A stretch of DNA of 63,777 nt, counting the filler, from Planctomycetota bacterium (GTDB lineage Bacteria > Planctomycetota > Planctomycetia > JALXBF01): assembly GCA_026991575.1 (NCBI GenBank). It is 4 parts of 4 records of this genome, joined end to end, with 100 filler letters (N's around TTAATTAATTAA, not from the genome) between each part and the next. Parts side by side here need not be neighbours in the genome. Positions count along the whole stretch, not along the records: positions 25,165 to 49,766 come from JALXBF010000037.1; positions 49,867 to 57,053 come from JALXBF010000048.1; 2 more parts are not named here. One strand, given 5' to 3'. A model generated the notes under the pieces. That model did not search any database. It was not told where the DNA came from and saw nothing but the letters and a program-made list of their open reading frames with translations. Made by a program: the position numbers and the translations under genes. The first letter of the stretch is position 1. Each line of letters begins with the position of its first letter. Positions 40,524 through 51,037 of the stretch are shown in pieces.

Positions 40524-41924
40524 TCAAACCTCGATCTTCGGCAATTCCCACGGCTTGCGGTACTCGCGGGCCAGCCAGCGGTTAGCGTCCGCGTCCGGAA
40601 TCTTGTGTTCGGGGTCCTTGAAGCAAAGTTCGCGTTTGTGGTCCCAGTAGATCTTGCGGCCCACGCGCCAAGAAATGTTCGCCAGATGGCAAGCCACGGT
40701 CGTGTAATGCATCGACTCGATGTCGCTTCGGGGCGTGCCGCGTGAGCGAACGCACTCCAGGAAGTTCACCACGTGCGGGTAGTGCTGGTCCGAGCCGCCG
40801 CTCTTGATCGGCTCAGTCCGCTCCACGGTCTTCTTGCCTTCGCGGCGGACTTCGGGGATGATCTCAAAGCCGCCGCGGTTCAGGTTCAGCACGCCGTCCG
40901 TGCCGAGGAACTGCATCCCGTGGCCAGGCGACCACTGGCTACGATCCACGCAGAACTTGCGCATGGTGTAGACCTGCACGAACTTCTTACCGTCGCTAGG
41001 CCGGATGAACTCGTAGGTGACTTCCAGGGTATCGGGCGTGTCGCGGTTGTCGCGCAGCGCGAGCTTTCCACCGGAGGCGTGTACCGAGATCGGGTGGAAC
41101 GTGCCCATGGCCAGGTGGATGATGTCCTGCAAGTGCACGTTCCAGTCGCCGACCATGCCCGCCGCGTAATCGAAGAACCAGCGCCATGTGTAGTGGAAGC
41201 GGTTCTTGTTAAACGGCCGCTTGGGAGCTGGTCCCAGCCACAGGTCGTAGTCGACATACGGCGGCGGATCACTGTCGGGCGGGTTCCCGATACCGTCGGG
41301 ATGTTCGTTGGACAGGTTCCAGGTCCGGGTCATGTACACTTCGCCAATGGCCCCCTTCTTAACGAGTTCGATCGCACGCTGGAAGTGGGCTCCGGAACGT
41401 TGCTGTGTCCCGATCTGACAGACTCGCTTATACCGTTTCACCGCATTGACCATCATGCGGCCTTCGACGATGTTGTGTGAGATCGGCTTCTCGCAGTACA
41501 CATCCTTACCCGCCTGGCAGGCGTAGATCGTCGGCAGCGCATGCCAGTGGTCGGGGGTGGCAACGATGACGCAGTCGACATCCTTGCGGTCGAGCAACTC
41601 ACGGAAGTCCGCGTGCGTTGTGAACTTCTCCACGGGCTGGTTCCGCTGCTTGCGGAACTTCTCGACCTCGTTGGCCGTTCGTTCGATGTGTCTCTTGTCC
41701 GGGTCACACAGCGCAGCCACCCTGACGCCTGCGCGCATAAAGTCGCGTAGGTTGGCCCGACCCATGCCGCCACAGCCGATCAGGCCCACGGTCAGCTCTT
41801 CCAGCGCGCTCGGCACGCGCGGCCCGCCGTGCACCATGGTGTGCACGCCGTGCAGCGCAGCCGCTGCCCCCAGCACCGTGATCCCGTCCCGCATGAACTG
41901 GCGGCGATTCGGTCGTTGGCTCAT
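40524..41924 (-). CDS. Gfo/Idh/MocA oxidoreductase, Tat-exported
   Basis: Start moved to ATG 41924 (GAGGAG RBS, NRRQF); GCGGMG, TPDHWH, CEKP. Confidence 0.92.
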   Translation of the reverse strand: MSQRPNRRQFMRDGITVLGAAAALHGVHTMVHGGPRVPSALEELTVGLIGCGGMGRANLRDFMRAGVRVAALCDPDKRHIERTANEVEKFRKQRNQPVEKFTTHADFRELLDRKDVDCVIVATPDHWHALPTIYACQAGKDVYCEKPISHNIVEGRMMVNAVKRYKRVCQIGTQQRSGAHFQRAIELVKKGAIGEVYMTRTWNLSNEHPDGIGNPPDSDPPPYVDYDLWLGPAPKRPFNKNRFHYTWRWFFDYAAGMVGDWNVHLQDIIHLAMGTFHPISVHASGGKLALRDNRDTPDTLEVTYEFIRPSDGKKFVQVYTMRKFCVDRSQWSPGHGMQFLGTDGVLNLNRGGFEIIPEVRREGKKTVERTEPIKSGGSDQHYPHVVNFLECVRSRGTPRSDIESMHYTTVACHLANISWRVGRKIYWDHKRELCFKDPEHKIPDADANRWLAREYRKPWELPKIEV

Positions 41925-42155
41925 GGCACACTCCTCGCTGTAGACACGTTCTCCGAGGCGGGCAAACAACGCGACATTGTGCTTAACGCTACTCCATAGG
42001 TTACCAAGATCGACTGCCTTCGCAAAGGTGACGTGCCCGCCAGGGGGCAATCGTGTCGCCGCGACCGGGCGCTGCCTGTGGCCCGATCCGCGCCGCCAGC
42101 CGGGCGACGCGCCCGCCACCACGCGCGCCGACGGGCCAGAAGTCACCTCCGTCAC

Positions 42156-43352
42156 TCATCCGGCCCCTCTGCGTGCGCTGCGGCGAGCCCGCTGCCCGCA
42201 AGCCAGCAACCGGCGGCGGGCGGCGCGGAGGCGGTCCAGCGGATAGGGGGTATCGCGCCAGCGGACCACGCCTGACGAAAGCGTTCGCCATGCGCTGCGA
42301 ACCAGCGCAACAACCAGGACCAAGGCAGCGACCGGATAGCAAACCGCCGGCACCACCCTGCGTCCAAGTAGCCAGGTTAACCGAGCGAGCGTCGCAGCGG
42401 TTGCCAGGCAAGCGGCTAGCGCAGCCGGATCGGTGCACACGAGCGCGTAGACCGGAGCTATGACGAAAAGCGCCACGAGACCGGCAGCGCCCCCGAGCGT
42501 CCGTGCCGCGCTATAGCCCATGCCGGCGAACGCGTTCTTTTCCAGACCGAGGACGATCCCCAGAACCCCTTTTTGCCAATGGACCTGGACGCGGTGTCCG
42601 CCAAAGAGCAGTTCCTGCCGAAACCCCCCCTGCTTTAGCAGCCAGCCGAGCATCACGTCGTCGACCACTTCGAGCCGCAGCGGCTCATGCCCCCCGACCG
42701 CCTCGTACGCCGAGCGTCGCACGAGGTTGAATGCTCCCACGCCCGCGTACGCCCACTGGAACCGGCGGCTGCGAGCGAGTGAGCCCCAGGTGGACGCCAG
42801 AAACAGCAGGCCGAAGAACCCCAACGTTGCGGCCTCGAGGAATCCGACCAAGGGACTGCCAGGCACAAGCGTGAGGTGATCAAGTCGTTCGGCCTCTGCC
42901 CGCGCGATAGCATCGCGTACCGCGTCCGGATGGAAGCACACGTCGGCATCGGTGAACAGCAACCACCGGCCGCGCGCCTGGCCGGCAGCCAGCCAGCATG
43001 CGTGGTTCTTGCCCAGCCAACCATCGGGCAAGTGCCGCACCTGCAGCAGTTGCACGCGCGGGTCGTGCTCAGCATGGCGGGCCGCAACAGCCGCGGTGTT
43101 GTCGGTGGATCGGTCGTCGACGACGAGGATCTCGAGGTTGGTGTAGTGCTGCGCGCGCAAGTCCTTCAGCGTCTGATCCAGGTTCGCAGCCTCATTGCGC
43201 GCCGGGACGATCACCGTCACCGGTGGCTCGGCGCTCAGGCCGCTGCAGCCCGCGGCGGGCAGGCGACCGGGCCGGCGCAGCAGGAGCAACCACGTGGGCA
43301 GGAGCACGTAGCCGGTGGCGACAAGCACGCAGAGGCCCAGCAGGGTGGTCAT
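42156..43352 (-). CDS. GT2 glycosyltransferase (HpnB/CrtQ-like)
   Basis: VPARNE, DDRSTD, GWLGKNHA, FTDAD, GGH.....VVDD. Confidence 0.85.
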   Translation of the reverse strand: MTTLLGLCVLVATGYVLLPTWLLLLRRPGRLPAAGCSGLSAEPPVTVIVPARNEAANLDQTLKDLRAQHYTNLEILVVDDRSTDNTAAVAARHAEHDPRVQLLQVRHLPDGWLGKNHACWLAAGQARGRWLLFTDADVCFHPDAVRDAIARAEAERLDHLTLVPGSPLVGFLEAATLGFFGLLFLASTWGSLARSRRFQWAYAGVGAFNLVRRSAYEAVGGHEPLRLEVVDDVMLGWLLKQGGFRQELLFGGHRVQVHWQKGVLGIVLGLEKNAFAGMGYSAARTLGGAAGLVALFVIAPVYALVCTDPAALAACLATAATLARLTWLLGRRVVPAVCYPVAALVLVVALVRSAWRTLSSGVVRWRDTPYPLDRLRAARRRLLACGQRARRSARRGAG

Positions 43353-43452
43353 AGCCGGTTAGGAGCGTTCAGCGGTTGATGCGGCCCGGCAGAGCTCGGT
43401 GCTACACCAGGGTGTCAGCCGTTCGCTGCCGGGTCGTACGGGGCGCTTGCCA

Positions 43453-44472
43453 CTAGCCGGCCCGGCGCAGGCCGGCGTGCCTGGCCTCGCTCTGAGACCC
43501 CCTTCTCATCAGAAAGCTGTTCTGTTGTCGGATCCATGCGACCGTCTCTTCCAACAGCCGGCGGTTGGCCGCGAGGCTTTCGCCGACGAGCCCCACTGCG
43601 AGCATGATACCGGAGAGGCTGAAGAGGATTGTTGCCAGGATGATGGTCGCCAGGATGGTCGTGTCCGGCACGCCGAGCCAGTAAACGCAGACCAGGTAGC
43701 GCACGCACAGAAGCAGTGCGGCCAGGAACGCAATGGCGGCAAAGCCACCGAAGACCGGCAGCGGTCGATACAGGCAGATGACGCGCAGCAGCGTATCGAA
43801 CGAGCGCCACAAGTAGCCTGGGATCGATCGGAACAATCTGGAGGGTCGTGTGGGGGGGTTGACGCGGACCGGAACACTGGTAACCGCTAGCCGCTTGACG
43901 CCGGCCTGAACAAGCGTTTCTAACGTGTAGGTGAACTGGGTGTGCACGTGGAGCCGGAGCATGGCGGAGCGGGCGAAGGCGCGGAACCCGCTGGCGGCAT
44001 CTGGTACCGGCACGCCGGACAACCAGCTCACCACGGCCGACCCCCAGCGCTGGAGCCTCTTCTTCCATCGGCCGAAGTGTTCCATCTGTTCGATCGGCCG
44101 TTCGCCCACGACGATCTCCGCCTCGCGACGCAGGATCGGCTCGATCAATCGCGCGATGTCGTCGGCCACGTACTGATTGTCGGCGTCCGTGTTGACCAGG
44201 ATGTCAGCGTCCAGCGCCAGGGCGGTCTGCAGGCCGGTCAGGAACGCCTGGGCAAGGCCGCGGCGCACAGGGTGGCGCACGACGTAATCGGCGCCGCAAC
44301 GGCGGGCGACGTCAGCGGTGCCGTCGGTGCTGCCATCGTCGATGACCACGACCTCGATCGCGCCCACTCCGGGTAAGGACCGTGGCAGATCGGCCAGCGT
44401 ACCCGGCAGTGACTCGGCCTCGTTGTAGCACGGAATCTGGATGATCAGGCGGGGTCGGCTGAGCGCACTCAT
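43453..44472 (-). CDS. GT2 glycosyltransferase
   Basis: IPCYNE, DDGSTD, NTDADNQY, DAASGFRA, two C-terminal TMs. Confidence 0.9.
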   Translation of the reverse strand: MSALSRPRLIIQIPCYNEAESLPGTLADLPRSLPGVGAIEVVVIDDGSTDGTADVARRCGADYVVRHPVRRGLAQAFLTGLQTALALDADILVNTDADNQYVADDIARLIEPILRREAEIVVGERPIEQMEHFGRWKKRLQRWGSAVVSWLSGVPVPDAASGFRAFARSAMLRLHVHTQFTYTLETLVQAGVKRLAVTSVPVRVNPPTRPSRLFRSIPGYLWRSFDTLLRVICLYRPLPVFGGFAAIAFLAALLLCVRYLVCVYWLGVPDTTILATIILATILFSLSGIMLAVGLVGESLAANRRLLEETVAWIRQQNSFLMRRGSQSEARHAGLRRAG

Positions 44473-44720
44473 TGCTCCATCCCGTCACAGCTGCCGAAGG
44501 CCCGTGAGCTTGGCCGGGGGTCAAGCTACTGGGTTCTGCGTTTGTGGCAAAGTGCAATCACGCTCGCTGCTGCGCTTGCGTCGGCCTGGCAGCGATCTCG
44601 GCACGGTCGCGAGCGGACGGCTTCGGCACACGGCGTGGACCGTGCCGGACGAGATCGCTCCGCGTCGCTGTGCTAGGATCGGTGGTAGAGAACCGGAGTA
44701 GTTCGGTGCGGAGGTAGCTG

Positions 44721-45902
44721 ATGACCATCGCGGAGCTGCAGCGCGCGTTGCGCGAGGCGGGCCTGGACGGCTGGCTGTTCTACGACTTCCGCGGCTCCGA
44801 CCCGATCGCCTGGCGTGTGCTTGGACTTCCGCCCGGCGTCCACACGACCCGCCGCTGGCTGTGCTATGTGCCGGCGGACGGTGAGCCGGTGCGGATCGTG
44901 CATCGGATCGAAGCCGGTGTGCTGGATCATCTTCCCGGCCAGAAGCTGGTCTATTTGCGCTGGCAGGAGCTGCACGAGGCGGTGCGTCAGGCGCTGCGCG
45001 GGGCCCGGCGGATCGCCATGCAGTACTCCCCCCTTTGTGCCATCCCGTACATCTCGCGGGTTGACGCCGGCACCATCGAGCTCGTCCGAACGCTGGCGCC
45101 GGGGATCGAGATCGTCAGCTCCGCTGACCTGGTGCAGCGGTTCGAAGCCGTCTGCACCGAGGCTCAGTACCAGAGCCACCGTAAGGCAGCAGAGCTGCTA
45201 GGGAAGCTGGTGGACGAGACGTTCGGTGAGATTGGCCGGCGCGTGCGTCAGCGGGGCAAGACCTCCGAGTACGAGATCCAGCGGTACATCATCGAGTGGT
45301 TTGAGCGGCACGGTCTGGTCACGGACCATCCCCCGATCGTCGCCGTAAACGCCAACTCGGCGAACCCGCACTACTTCCCGAGCGATACCCGAAGCTCCGA
45401 GATCCGCCCAGGTGACTTCGTCCTGCTTGACGTCTGGGCACGCCTGGACCAGCCCGACAGCATCTATGCGGACATCACCTGGGTCGGCTACGTCGGCGAC
45501 CAGGTGCCAGACGAGATCGCTGAGGTTTTTGCTGTGGTCGCCCGCGCGCGGGACCGGGTGGTTGCGTTCCTCCGCGAGCGGCTACCAGCGGGCGAGCCGG
45601 TACGAGGCTTCGAAGCGGACGAGGTCGCACGCCGGGAGATCGAAGCAGCCGGCTATGGCGACTACTTCATCCACCGCACCGGTCATTCCATTCACACCAC
45701 GACGCACGGCAACGGGGCCAACCTGGACAGTCTCGAAACGTGCGACGAGCGCCAGTTGCTCGACGGCACCTGCTTCTCCGTCGAACCGGGCATCTACCTA
45801 CCGGGCCGCTTCGGAGTCCGCTCCGAGATCGACGTGTTCCTCTGGCAAGGACAGGTCCACGTGACCGGCCCTGAGCCGCAGCGTGCGGTGGTGACGATCT
45901 GA
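44721..45902 (+). CDS. M24 family Xaa-Pro peptidase
   Basis: ANPHY, DVW, ADIT, HRTGH, SVEPG, RSE. Confidence 0.9.
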   Translation: MTIAELQRALREAGLDGWLFYDFRGSDPIAWRVLGLPPGVHTTRRWLCYVPADGEPVRIVHRIEAGVLDHLPGQKLVYLRWQELHEAVRQALRGARRIAMQYSPLCAIPYISRVDAGTIELVRTLAPGIEIVSSADLVQRFEAVCTEAQYQSHRKAAELLGKLVDETFGEIGRRVRQRGKTSEYEIQRYIIEWFERHGLVTDHPPIVAVNANSANPHYFPSDTRSSEIRPGDFVLLDVWARLDQPDSIYADITWVGYVGDQVPDEIAEVFAVVARARDRVVAFLRERLPAGEPVRGFEADEVARREIEAAGYGDYFIHRTGHSIHTTTHGNGANLDSLETCDERQLLDGTCFSVEPGIYLPGRFGVRSEIDVFLWQGQVHVTGPEPQRAVVTI

Positions 45903-45914
45903 TCGACGCGCACG

Positions 45915-45950
45915 AAGAAAGGCCGAAGCCCCGGGGGTTGGCTTCGGCCT
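45915..45950 (-). terminator. Rho-independent terminator between convergent genes
   Basis: Perfect 11-bp stem AGGCCGAAGCC (45920-30) / GGCTTCGGCCT (45940-50), followed by a U-rich tract on the minus strand. Confidence 0.75.
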
Positions 45951-45985
45951 CGATGGGACGGACAACGGTCCGGGGGAACGACCGT

Positions 45986-46267
45986 CTACCGGAGCATGAA
46001 GAAATCACGGGGGGAGCGGATAGGATCGATGCAGCGTCGCTTGTGGAGGGAGGGAATCTTTGGCAGCGTGAACTTCGGTACCGGAATGCCCACACCGCAC
46101 GAAGCGCACGGATGCGACAGGCCGGGCAAAGGCAGGATGCTCTGGACCTTGGCCAGGGCTGCGTAGCTCTTCGCCTTTAGCGTTCCGAAGATCCCGGCTT
46201 GGGCCGGTGCGTTCATGAATGCCAGCGTCATGGCAGCGGCTACGACGTAGAGTATCGGCCTGCGCAT
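45986..46267 (-). CDS. Small secreted protein with C-terminal RSPRDFFM motif
   Basis: RBS (GAGGGA; AAGGAG further upstream), signal peptide ending AQA, own terminator. Confidence 0.75.
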   Translation of the reverse strand: MRRPILYVVAAAMTLAFMNAPAQAGIFGTLKAKSYAALAKVQSILPLPGLSHPCASCGVGIPVPKFTLPKIPSLHKRRCIDPIRSPRDFFMLR

Positions 46268-46595
46268 CGCTCTGTATCCCTCATCTCCTTCGGGCCAGCT
46301 CGTCTGCTTTCCTCCTGAACGCCGTTCCCTTCATCGACCACCACTCGCTGCCGCGATGATACCGGTTCGCTGCTGTTGGTCGGGCTGTGCGGGCTGAAGC
46401 GGTTAACCAGCCGGTGGGCTGCTGCGCGAGGGCGACATTCTGTCGGAGGGTGACCGATTGGGACGTCAGGGCAAAGGCACCTTGCCACACAACCCCAGTT
46501 TGCCCAAGCTATTGCTGTGCCGCACCACACGGCACGCCGGTTGCGTAGGCGTGCCACCGGGCAGCCGACACACGCGCGCGACGGGAGTGGGCACC

Positions 46596-47090
46596 ATGAC
46601 CCGGGAGCAAGTGTTGATCCTGGTGGTGGCCGAACCGGGTGCTTGGTCCGAGCAGCTCTCCGAGCCGCTGCGCACCGCCGGCCTGACCGTACGGCTCGCG
46701 ACGCTGGAAACCGACCGCGGTCGGCTCAGCGGCAACGGGCTGGTCCTGGACGGGCCGGACCGCCGACCGGTGCGAGCGTCCGAATTCGTTGCCCTGTCCC
46801 GCCCCGTGGTCCTGGTGCTGGACATGGATTTCTGCGGTGGCGCGGCGCTGGAGCTTCTCGAGCAACTGAAGCAAGCAGGCCATGCCGCACCGGCGGTGCT
46901 GCTCAGCAGCAGTGAGCGTGCCGCCTTGTTGGAGCGGGCCTGGCGCGCCGGTGCCCGCGTGGTACTGCACAAGCCGGTGGCTCCCGCCAGCCTGCTCCGC
47001 GCGGTCCTGCGACTCGTGCGCCTGGCCCGCCGTGCCGGCGCCACCCCGGCGCTGCCGCCGCCCAGCGGCAACCAGATGTCGCTCCGGTAA
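46596..47090 (+). CDS. Receiver-domain protein
   Basis: LVLDMDF..G, HKPV; GGGAG RBS before ATG 46596. Confidence 0.7.
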   Translation: MTREQVLILVVAEPGAWSEQLSEPLRTAGLTVRLATLETDRGRLSGNGLVLDGPDRRPVRASEFVALSRPVVLVLDMDFCGGAALELLEQLKQAGHAAPAVLLSSSERAALLERAWRAGARVVLHKPVAPASLLRAVLRLVRLARRAGATPALPPPSGNQMSLR

Positions 47091-47289
47091 GCAACCCCTC
47101 CCGAGCCCGGCACATCCTGCGTGATCACTACGCCCGTTACCTGACCATGCCTGCGCTTGCCCGCACGCTCGACGCAAGCGTGCTTCTTTCCATGCATGAG
47201 CTAGAGTTGCGTGGACACACCCTTGGGCCAGCAGCGATGGAACCGTTTAGCCACCCCCGGGACAGCGGAGGCAGCACGAGGACCGCGCC

Positions 47290-49167
47290 GTGTTCCGTAA
47301 ACCGTTTCAGAAGCCGTTTCGACCGAGGGGAACGTTGAAGAAACACCTGGCCGCCATCGACTGCGCGGTGCCAATCGTCGTGCTGGGCAGCGCCGAAGAG
47401 CTCCTCGCCCTCTCGTGCCAGGCTGCAAAGCTGCTGGCCATTGACCCGGACGAGCTACGCGGCCGGCCCATGCCCACACTAAGTGAGCTCGGCGTCGAAC
47501 GGTTCGCAGCCGCTCAGCAGATCGACGGGGATTGGCGCCGGCAACTAATCCGCTCCACACGCAACGGGGCGGCGTTTGAGTTCTGGTCCAAGGCTACCGC
47601 TGGCGGCAAGGAAGTGGGCGTGCTGGTGCCAGAGCGATCCAAACCGGGTAGCGGCTCCGGCGCAGCGCCGGCGCACCTAAGCCACGAGCTGCGCACTCCG
47701 CTGCAGGGTATCCTCGGCCTGTGCGAACTGCTTAGCGGGGTGGAACTGACCGAAGAGGCGCGCGAGTACGTGGAGCTCATTGAGTCCAGCGCGCGCACGC
47801 TGCTGAGCACCGTCAATGAAGTGCTCCTGTTCAGTTCGCTGCAGCGTGGCAAGTACCGCGTTCGTCCCGAGCCGCTTGACCCGCACCGCACCGTGCTGGA
47901 CATCTGCCGCAGCGTCTGCACCAATGCCTTCCTGAAAGACATCGACCTGTTCGTCGACGTGGCCAGCCCGTTGCCTGAGCGGATCGTGGTCGACCGGGGC
48001 GCGTTCTGGCACACGGTCGTCAACCTCGTGGGCAACGCGGTGAAGTTCACCGATGAAGGACAGGTCGTCGTGTCGCTGTGTTACGACCGAGCCACGGACG
48101 CGCTGGAAGTCGCGGTGCGGGACACCGGTCCGGGCATTGCCACCGAGGAACTGCAGCGGATCTTTCAGCCGTTTGAGCAGGGTTCTTCTGGTACGGACCG
48201 CCGCCACGCCGGCTCCGGGCTCGGTCTGTCGATCGTCGCCGACTTGCTGAAAGCCATGAACGGCCGCCTGCATGTGGACAGCGCGCCTGGCTGCGGCTCA
48301 ACGTTCGCCTTCACGCTCACCGCAGTCCAAGGTGCAGCCCACGGGGCGGCGGCCCTGCCGGACCTGACCGGCAGGACGGTGGTCGTCGCCTGCAGCCGGC
48401 GTGGCACCGAGTCGCTGCTGTGCGAGCGACTGGCAACCCTGGGCGCGTCCGTGGTGAGAGCAGACCAGTGCGGTGACAACGGCTGCTTTGGGGTGGATCT
48501 GGTCGGTGACACCAAGGGGCTTTCGGCACTGCTGACAAGACGGGGCACAAACAGTGCAGCCTTGCAAGACGCCAGGGTCGTGCTGCTGAAGTACCCCGGC
48601 CAAGCGGTCCCCAGTCTGGCCGGGCTGACAAACCCGACGGTGCTCACCATGCCCACCTCGACGCTGCTTGTCGCCCGCGCGCTGACGGACGAAGCGGCCG
48701 ACGCTGCGGAAACGACAACTGACCTGTATGGACCGAGCCGCAACGAGACGATCCTCGTTGTGGACGACGCGCCGATCACGCGTCGACTTGTCCAGCGCAC
48801 CCTGGAGCGCGCAGGTTTCCGCGTGCTCACGGCATCCAGCGGGCCCGAGGCGTTGCAGATTGCATCCCGGGAACGGGTCGATCTCATCCTGCTGGATGTC
48901 TGCATGCCCGACATGGACGGTCTGACCGTGATCGACATCATCCGCAATGTGCCCAGCTGTCCGAACCGGACAACGCCTGTAATTGCCCTGTCGGCTGACG
49001 GCAGCGCGGAGATGCGTGAGGCGGTATGGAGTCGGGGCGTGAACTACTTTCTGGAGAAGCCCGTGCGGGGCTCCGAGCTGCTTGCCGCCGTCGAAGCCGC
49101 TCTCGGCGGCACGCCGCTGCCGGAAGCCGGTGATGACACCTTCCTCTTCGTCGGAGCGTCGATATGA
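47290..49167 (+). CDS. Hybrid histidine kinase / response regulator
   Basis: SHELRTPL, NLVGNAVKFT, DTGPGI, GSGLGL; C-terminal VVDD, LLDVCMP, EKP. Confidence 0.92.
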   Translation: MFRKPFQKPFRPRGTLKKHLAAIDCAVPIVVLGSAEELLALSCQAAKLLAIDPDELRGRPMPTLSELGVERFAAAQQIDGDWRRQLIRSTRNGAAFEFWSKATAGGKEVGVLVPERSKPGSGSGAAPAHLSHELRTPLQGILGLCELLSGVELTEEAREYVELIESSARTLLSTVNEVLLFSSLQRGKYRVRPEPLDPHRTVLDICRSVCTNAFLKDIDLFVDVASPLPERIVVDRGAFWHTVVNLVGNAVKFTDEGQVVVSLCYDRATDALEVAVRDTGPGIATEELQRIFQPFEQGSSGTDRRHAGSGLGLSIVADLLKAMNGRLHVDSAPGCGSTFAFTLTAVQGAAHGAAALPDLTGRTVVVACSRRGTESLLCERLATLGASVVRADQCGDNGCFGVDLVGDTKGLSALLTRRGTNSAALQDARVVLLKYPGQAVPSLAGLTNPTVLTMPTSTLLVARALTDEAADAAETTTDLYGPSRNETILVVDDAPITRRLVQRTLERAGFRVLTASSGPEALQIASRERVDLILLDVCMPDMDGLTVIDIIRNVPSCPNRTTPVIALSADGSAEMREAVWSRGVNYFLEKPVRGSELLAAVEAALGGTPLPEAGDDTFLFVGASI

Positions 49168-49523
49168 ACATGCTGCTATCGGTTCTGGAACGAGTCGAGG
49201 GCGACCTCGCCTTGCTGAACGAACTCGTGGCTATGTTCCCGGAGTGTGCCGAGGAGTGTTTCCAGGAACTGGAACGGGCCATTGGTGAGGGCGCCGCGGA
49301 GGAAGCCAGAGCCGCGGCCCACACGCTCAAAGGCATGTGCGCCAATCTGTCTTTGGATGGCTCCGCGCAGCTAGCCTTCCAGGCCGAGCAGGCGGCCGCG
49401 GCCGGGGAACTGGACCGGTGCCGGGAGCTGTTCGAGCAGCTGCGCGGTGAGGTTGAGCGGGAGTACCAACTGCTGGCCGAACTCGTGCGGCAGGAGTGCA
49501 GCCGTGAAGGTGCTGATCGCTGA
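49164..49523 (+). CDS. Hpt phosphotransfer protein
   Basis: AAHTLKG motif; ATGA overlap with the kinase gene. Confidence 0.9.
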   Translation: MNMLLSVLERVEGDLALLNELVAMFPECAEECFQELERAIGEGAAEEARAAAHTLKGMCANLSLDGSAQLAFQAEQAAAAGELDRCRELFEQLRGEVEREYQLLAELVRQECSREGADR

Positions 49524-49766
49524 AGACAACCGGCTCACGCGCCTGATGCTGGAAAGCACCCTGAGGCGGTGGGGCTATGAAGTGATCGCCACCGCCAACG
49601 GGGCCGAGGCGCTCGAGGCGCTCCTCAGCGACGAGAGCATCTCCCTGGCAGTGCTCGACTGGATGATGCCCAAAGGTGACGGCGTCACCGTTTGCCGCGA
49701 GGTGCGGGCCCGACGGATCGAACCCTACGTCTATCTCATCCTCCTCACCGCCCGCAACAACAAAGA
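49504..49766 (+). CDS. Response regulator, N-terminal part (truncated by contig end)
   Basis: KVLIAED, LDWMMP..DG, YLILLTA. Confidence 0.9.
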
Positions 49767-49866
49767 NNNNNNNNNNNNNNNNNNNNNNNNNNNNNNNNNN
49801 NNNNNNNNNNTTAATTAATTAANNNNNNNNNNNNNNNNNNNNNNNNNNNNNNNNNNNNNNNNNNNN
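49767..49866. other. Artificial contig spacer
   Basis: N44-TTAATTAATTAA-N44. Confidence 0.99.
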
Positions 49867-50396
49867 GCGTTTGACATTGACGACCTCAGTGACCACGACG
49901 GACCGATAGACGACGACACGGACAGCGACAATGACAACACGACGGGGGCGACGGACCAGTACGGTGGGATGGGCGGTTTCGCGACGGCAGGCGACAGTGT
50001 GGTGACGGAGCTCTGTGTGGAGGCGGGCGAGGAATACAGCGTGGCGGAAGCAGACCGATGGCTGGTTACGGTGCCGTTTGACGTGGTTGGCTCGGATGAC
50101 CGGGCGCAACCGGGGGACAACTATCGTGTGGGGCTGAGTGGTCACAAGAGCGACGAGCTGGGCTTTGTACGGCCGTATGAGAGCCACACGGTTCCGGGCG
50201 ATGAGCTGTTCTTGGACTGGAACGGGGATCGATCACGTAGCGGGGCCGAGCCGCTGGTGGACGAACAGGAGACGGCATACAACCTTCGGGCAAGCGGTCC
50301 CCTGGTAGTGTGGCGTTGGCTGAACGTCGAGGTGGATTCGATGGCTGGGGGCCCGGACCAGCCCGGTCCGGATGACGTGCGGTTCGACGATGTGCC
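49867..50396 (+). repeat. Near-identical to 57154-57683
   Basis: First 127 nt identical; about 12 mismatches in 530 nt by hand count. Confidence 0.95.
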
Positions 50397-51006
50397 GGAC
50401 CCGGACCTGCAAGCGCTTAGCCGGGCGATGGCTGGACGGCAGGGAGATCCCACGTTGGATTACCCTGGAGCGTTTGTTTCCGTTCGACGTGTGCGACCCC
50501 AGGGGTGGAATCAGCCCGATCTCCCCTTCGTGTACGCCTTCGCCTCCAATGGCCAGTTCCTTGTGTACGTCGTTACCCACCAGCAGAGTGACGTACTTGA
50601 GGAACAAGCGGTGCCGTCGCTGTGGTCTGTCCGTGTTTTGGGCGCGTACGAGCCTGGGCGAATCGCTCCCGGGTTAGCCGACGGTGATCCCGCTCCCGGC
50701 GAGGCTGACGCGGATGACGACCCAGAGGCGGACGACTATATTGCAGGGCTAACGGACCACATTGGTGCGGAGTACAGTGTCGTCTTCATGGAGGTCGTGA
50801 GGGACATCGCGGCCGATCTAGGAACAACATTCGACCACTTGAACGCGTTCATAAGCGGTCACGAAGTTGGGCATCAGTTCGGGTTGGCAGACTTAGAAGG
50901 TAATCCCTCTGTGACACTTATGGACCGTGAAGACGCTGGCGGACCCGATTCATGGAGGTGGCGGGAACAAGAGATCCAGAAGATGCGGCAGACCTCCCTA
51001 CCGTGA
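49867..51006 (+). CDS. C-terminal part of a large exoprotein ending in a metzincin domain (variant A; 5' truncated)
   Basis: Open from the contig start (AFDIDDLSDHDG...); HEVGHQFGLAD zinc motif followed by an LM Met-turn candidate. Confidence 0.8.
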   Translation, partial: AFDIDDLSDHDGPIDDDTDSDNDNTTGATDQYGGMGGFATAGDSVVTELCVEAGEEYSVAEADRWLVTVPFDVVGSDDRAQPGDNYRVGLSGHKSDELGFVRPYESHTVPGDELFLDWNGDRSRSGAEPLVDEQETAYNLRASGPLVVWRWLNVEVDSMAGGPDQPGPDDVRFDDVPDPDLQALSRAMAGRQGDPTLDYPGAFVSVRRVRPQGWNQPDLPFVYAFASNGQFLVYVVTHQQSDVLEEQAVPSLWSVRVLGAYEPGRIAPGLADGDPAPGEADADDDPEADDYIAGLTDHIGAEYSVVFMEVVRDIAADLGTTFDHLNAFISGHEVGHQFGLADLEGNPSVTLMDREDAGGPDSWRWREQEIQKMRQTSLP

Positions 51007-51037
51007 CCCCGCTGGCACTCTGCGGAGAGGACTGGCC

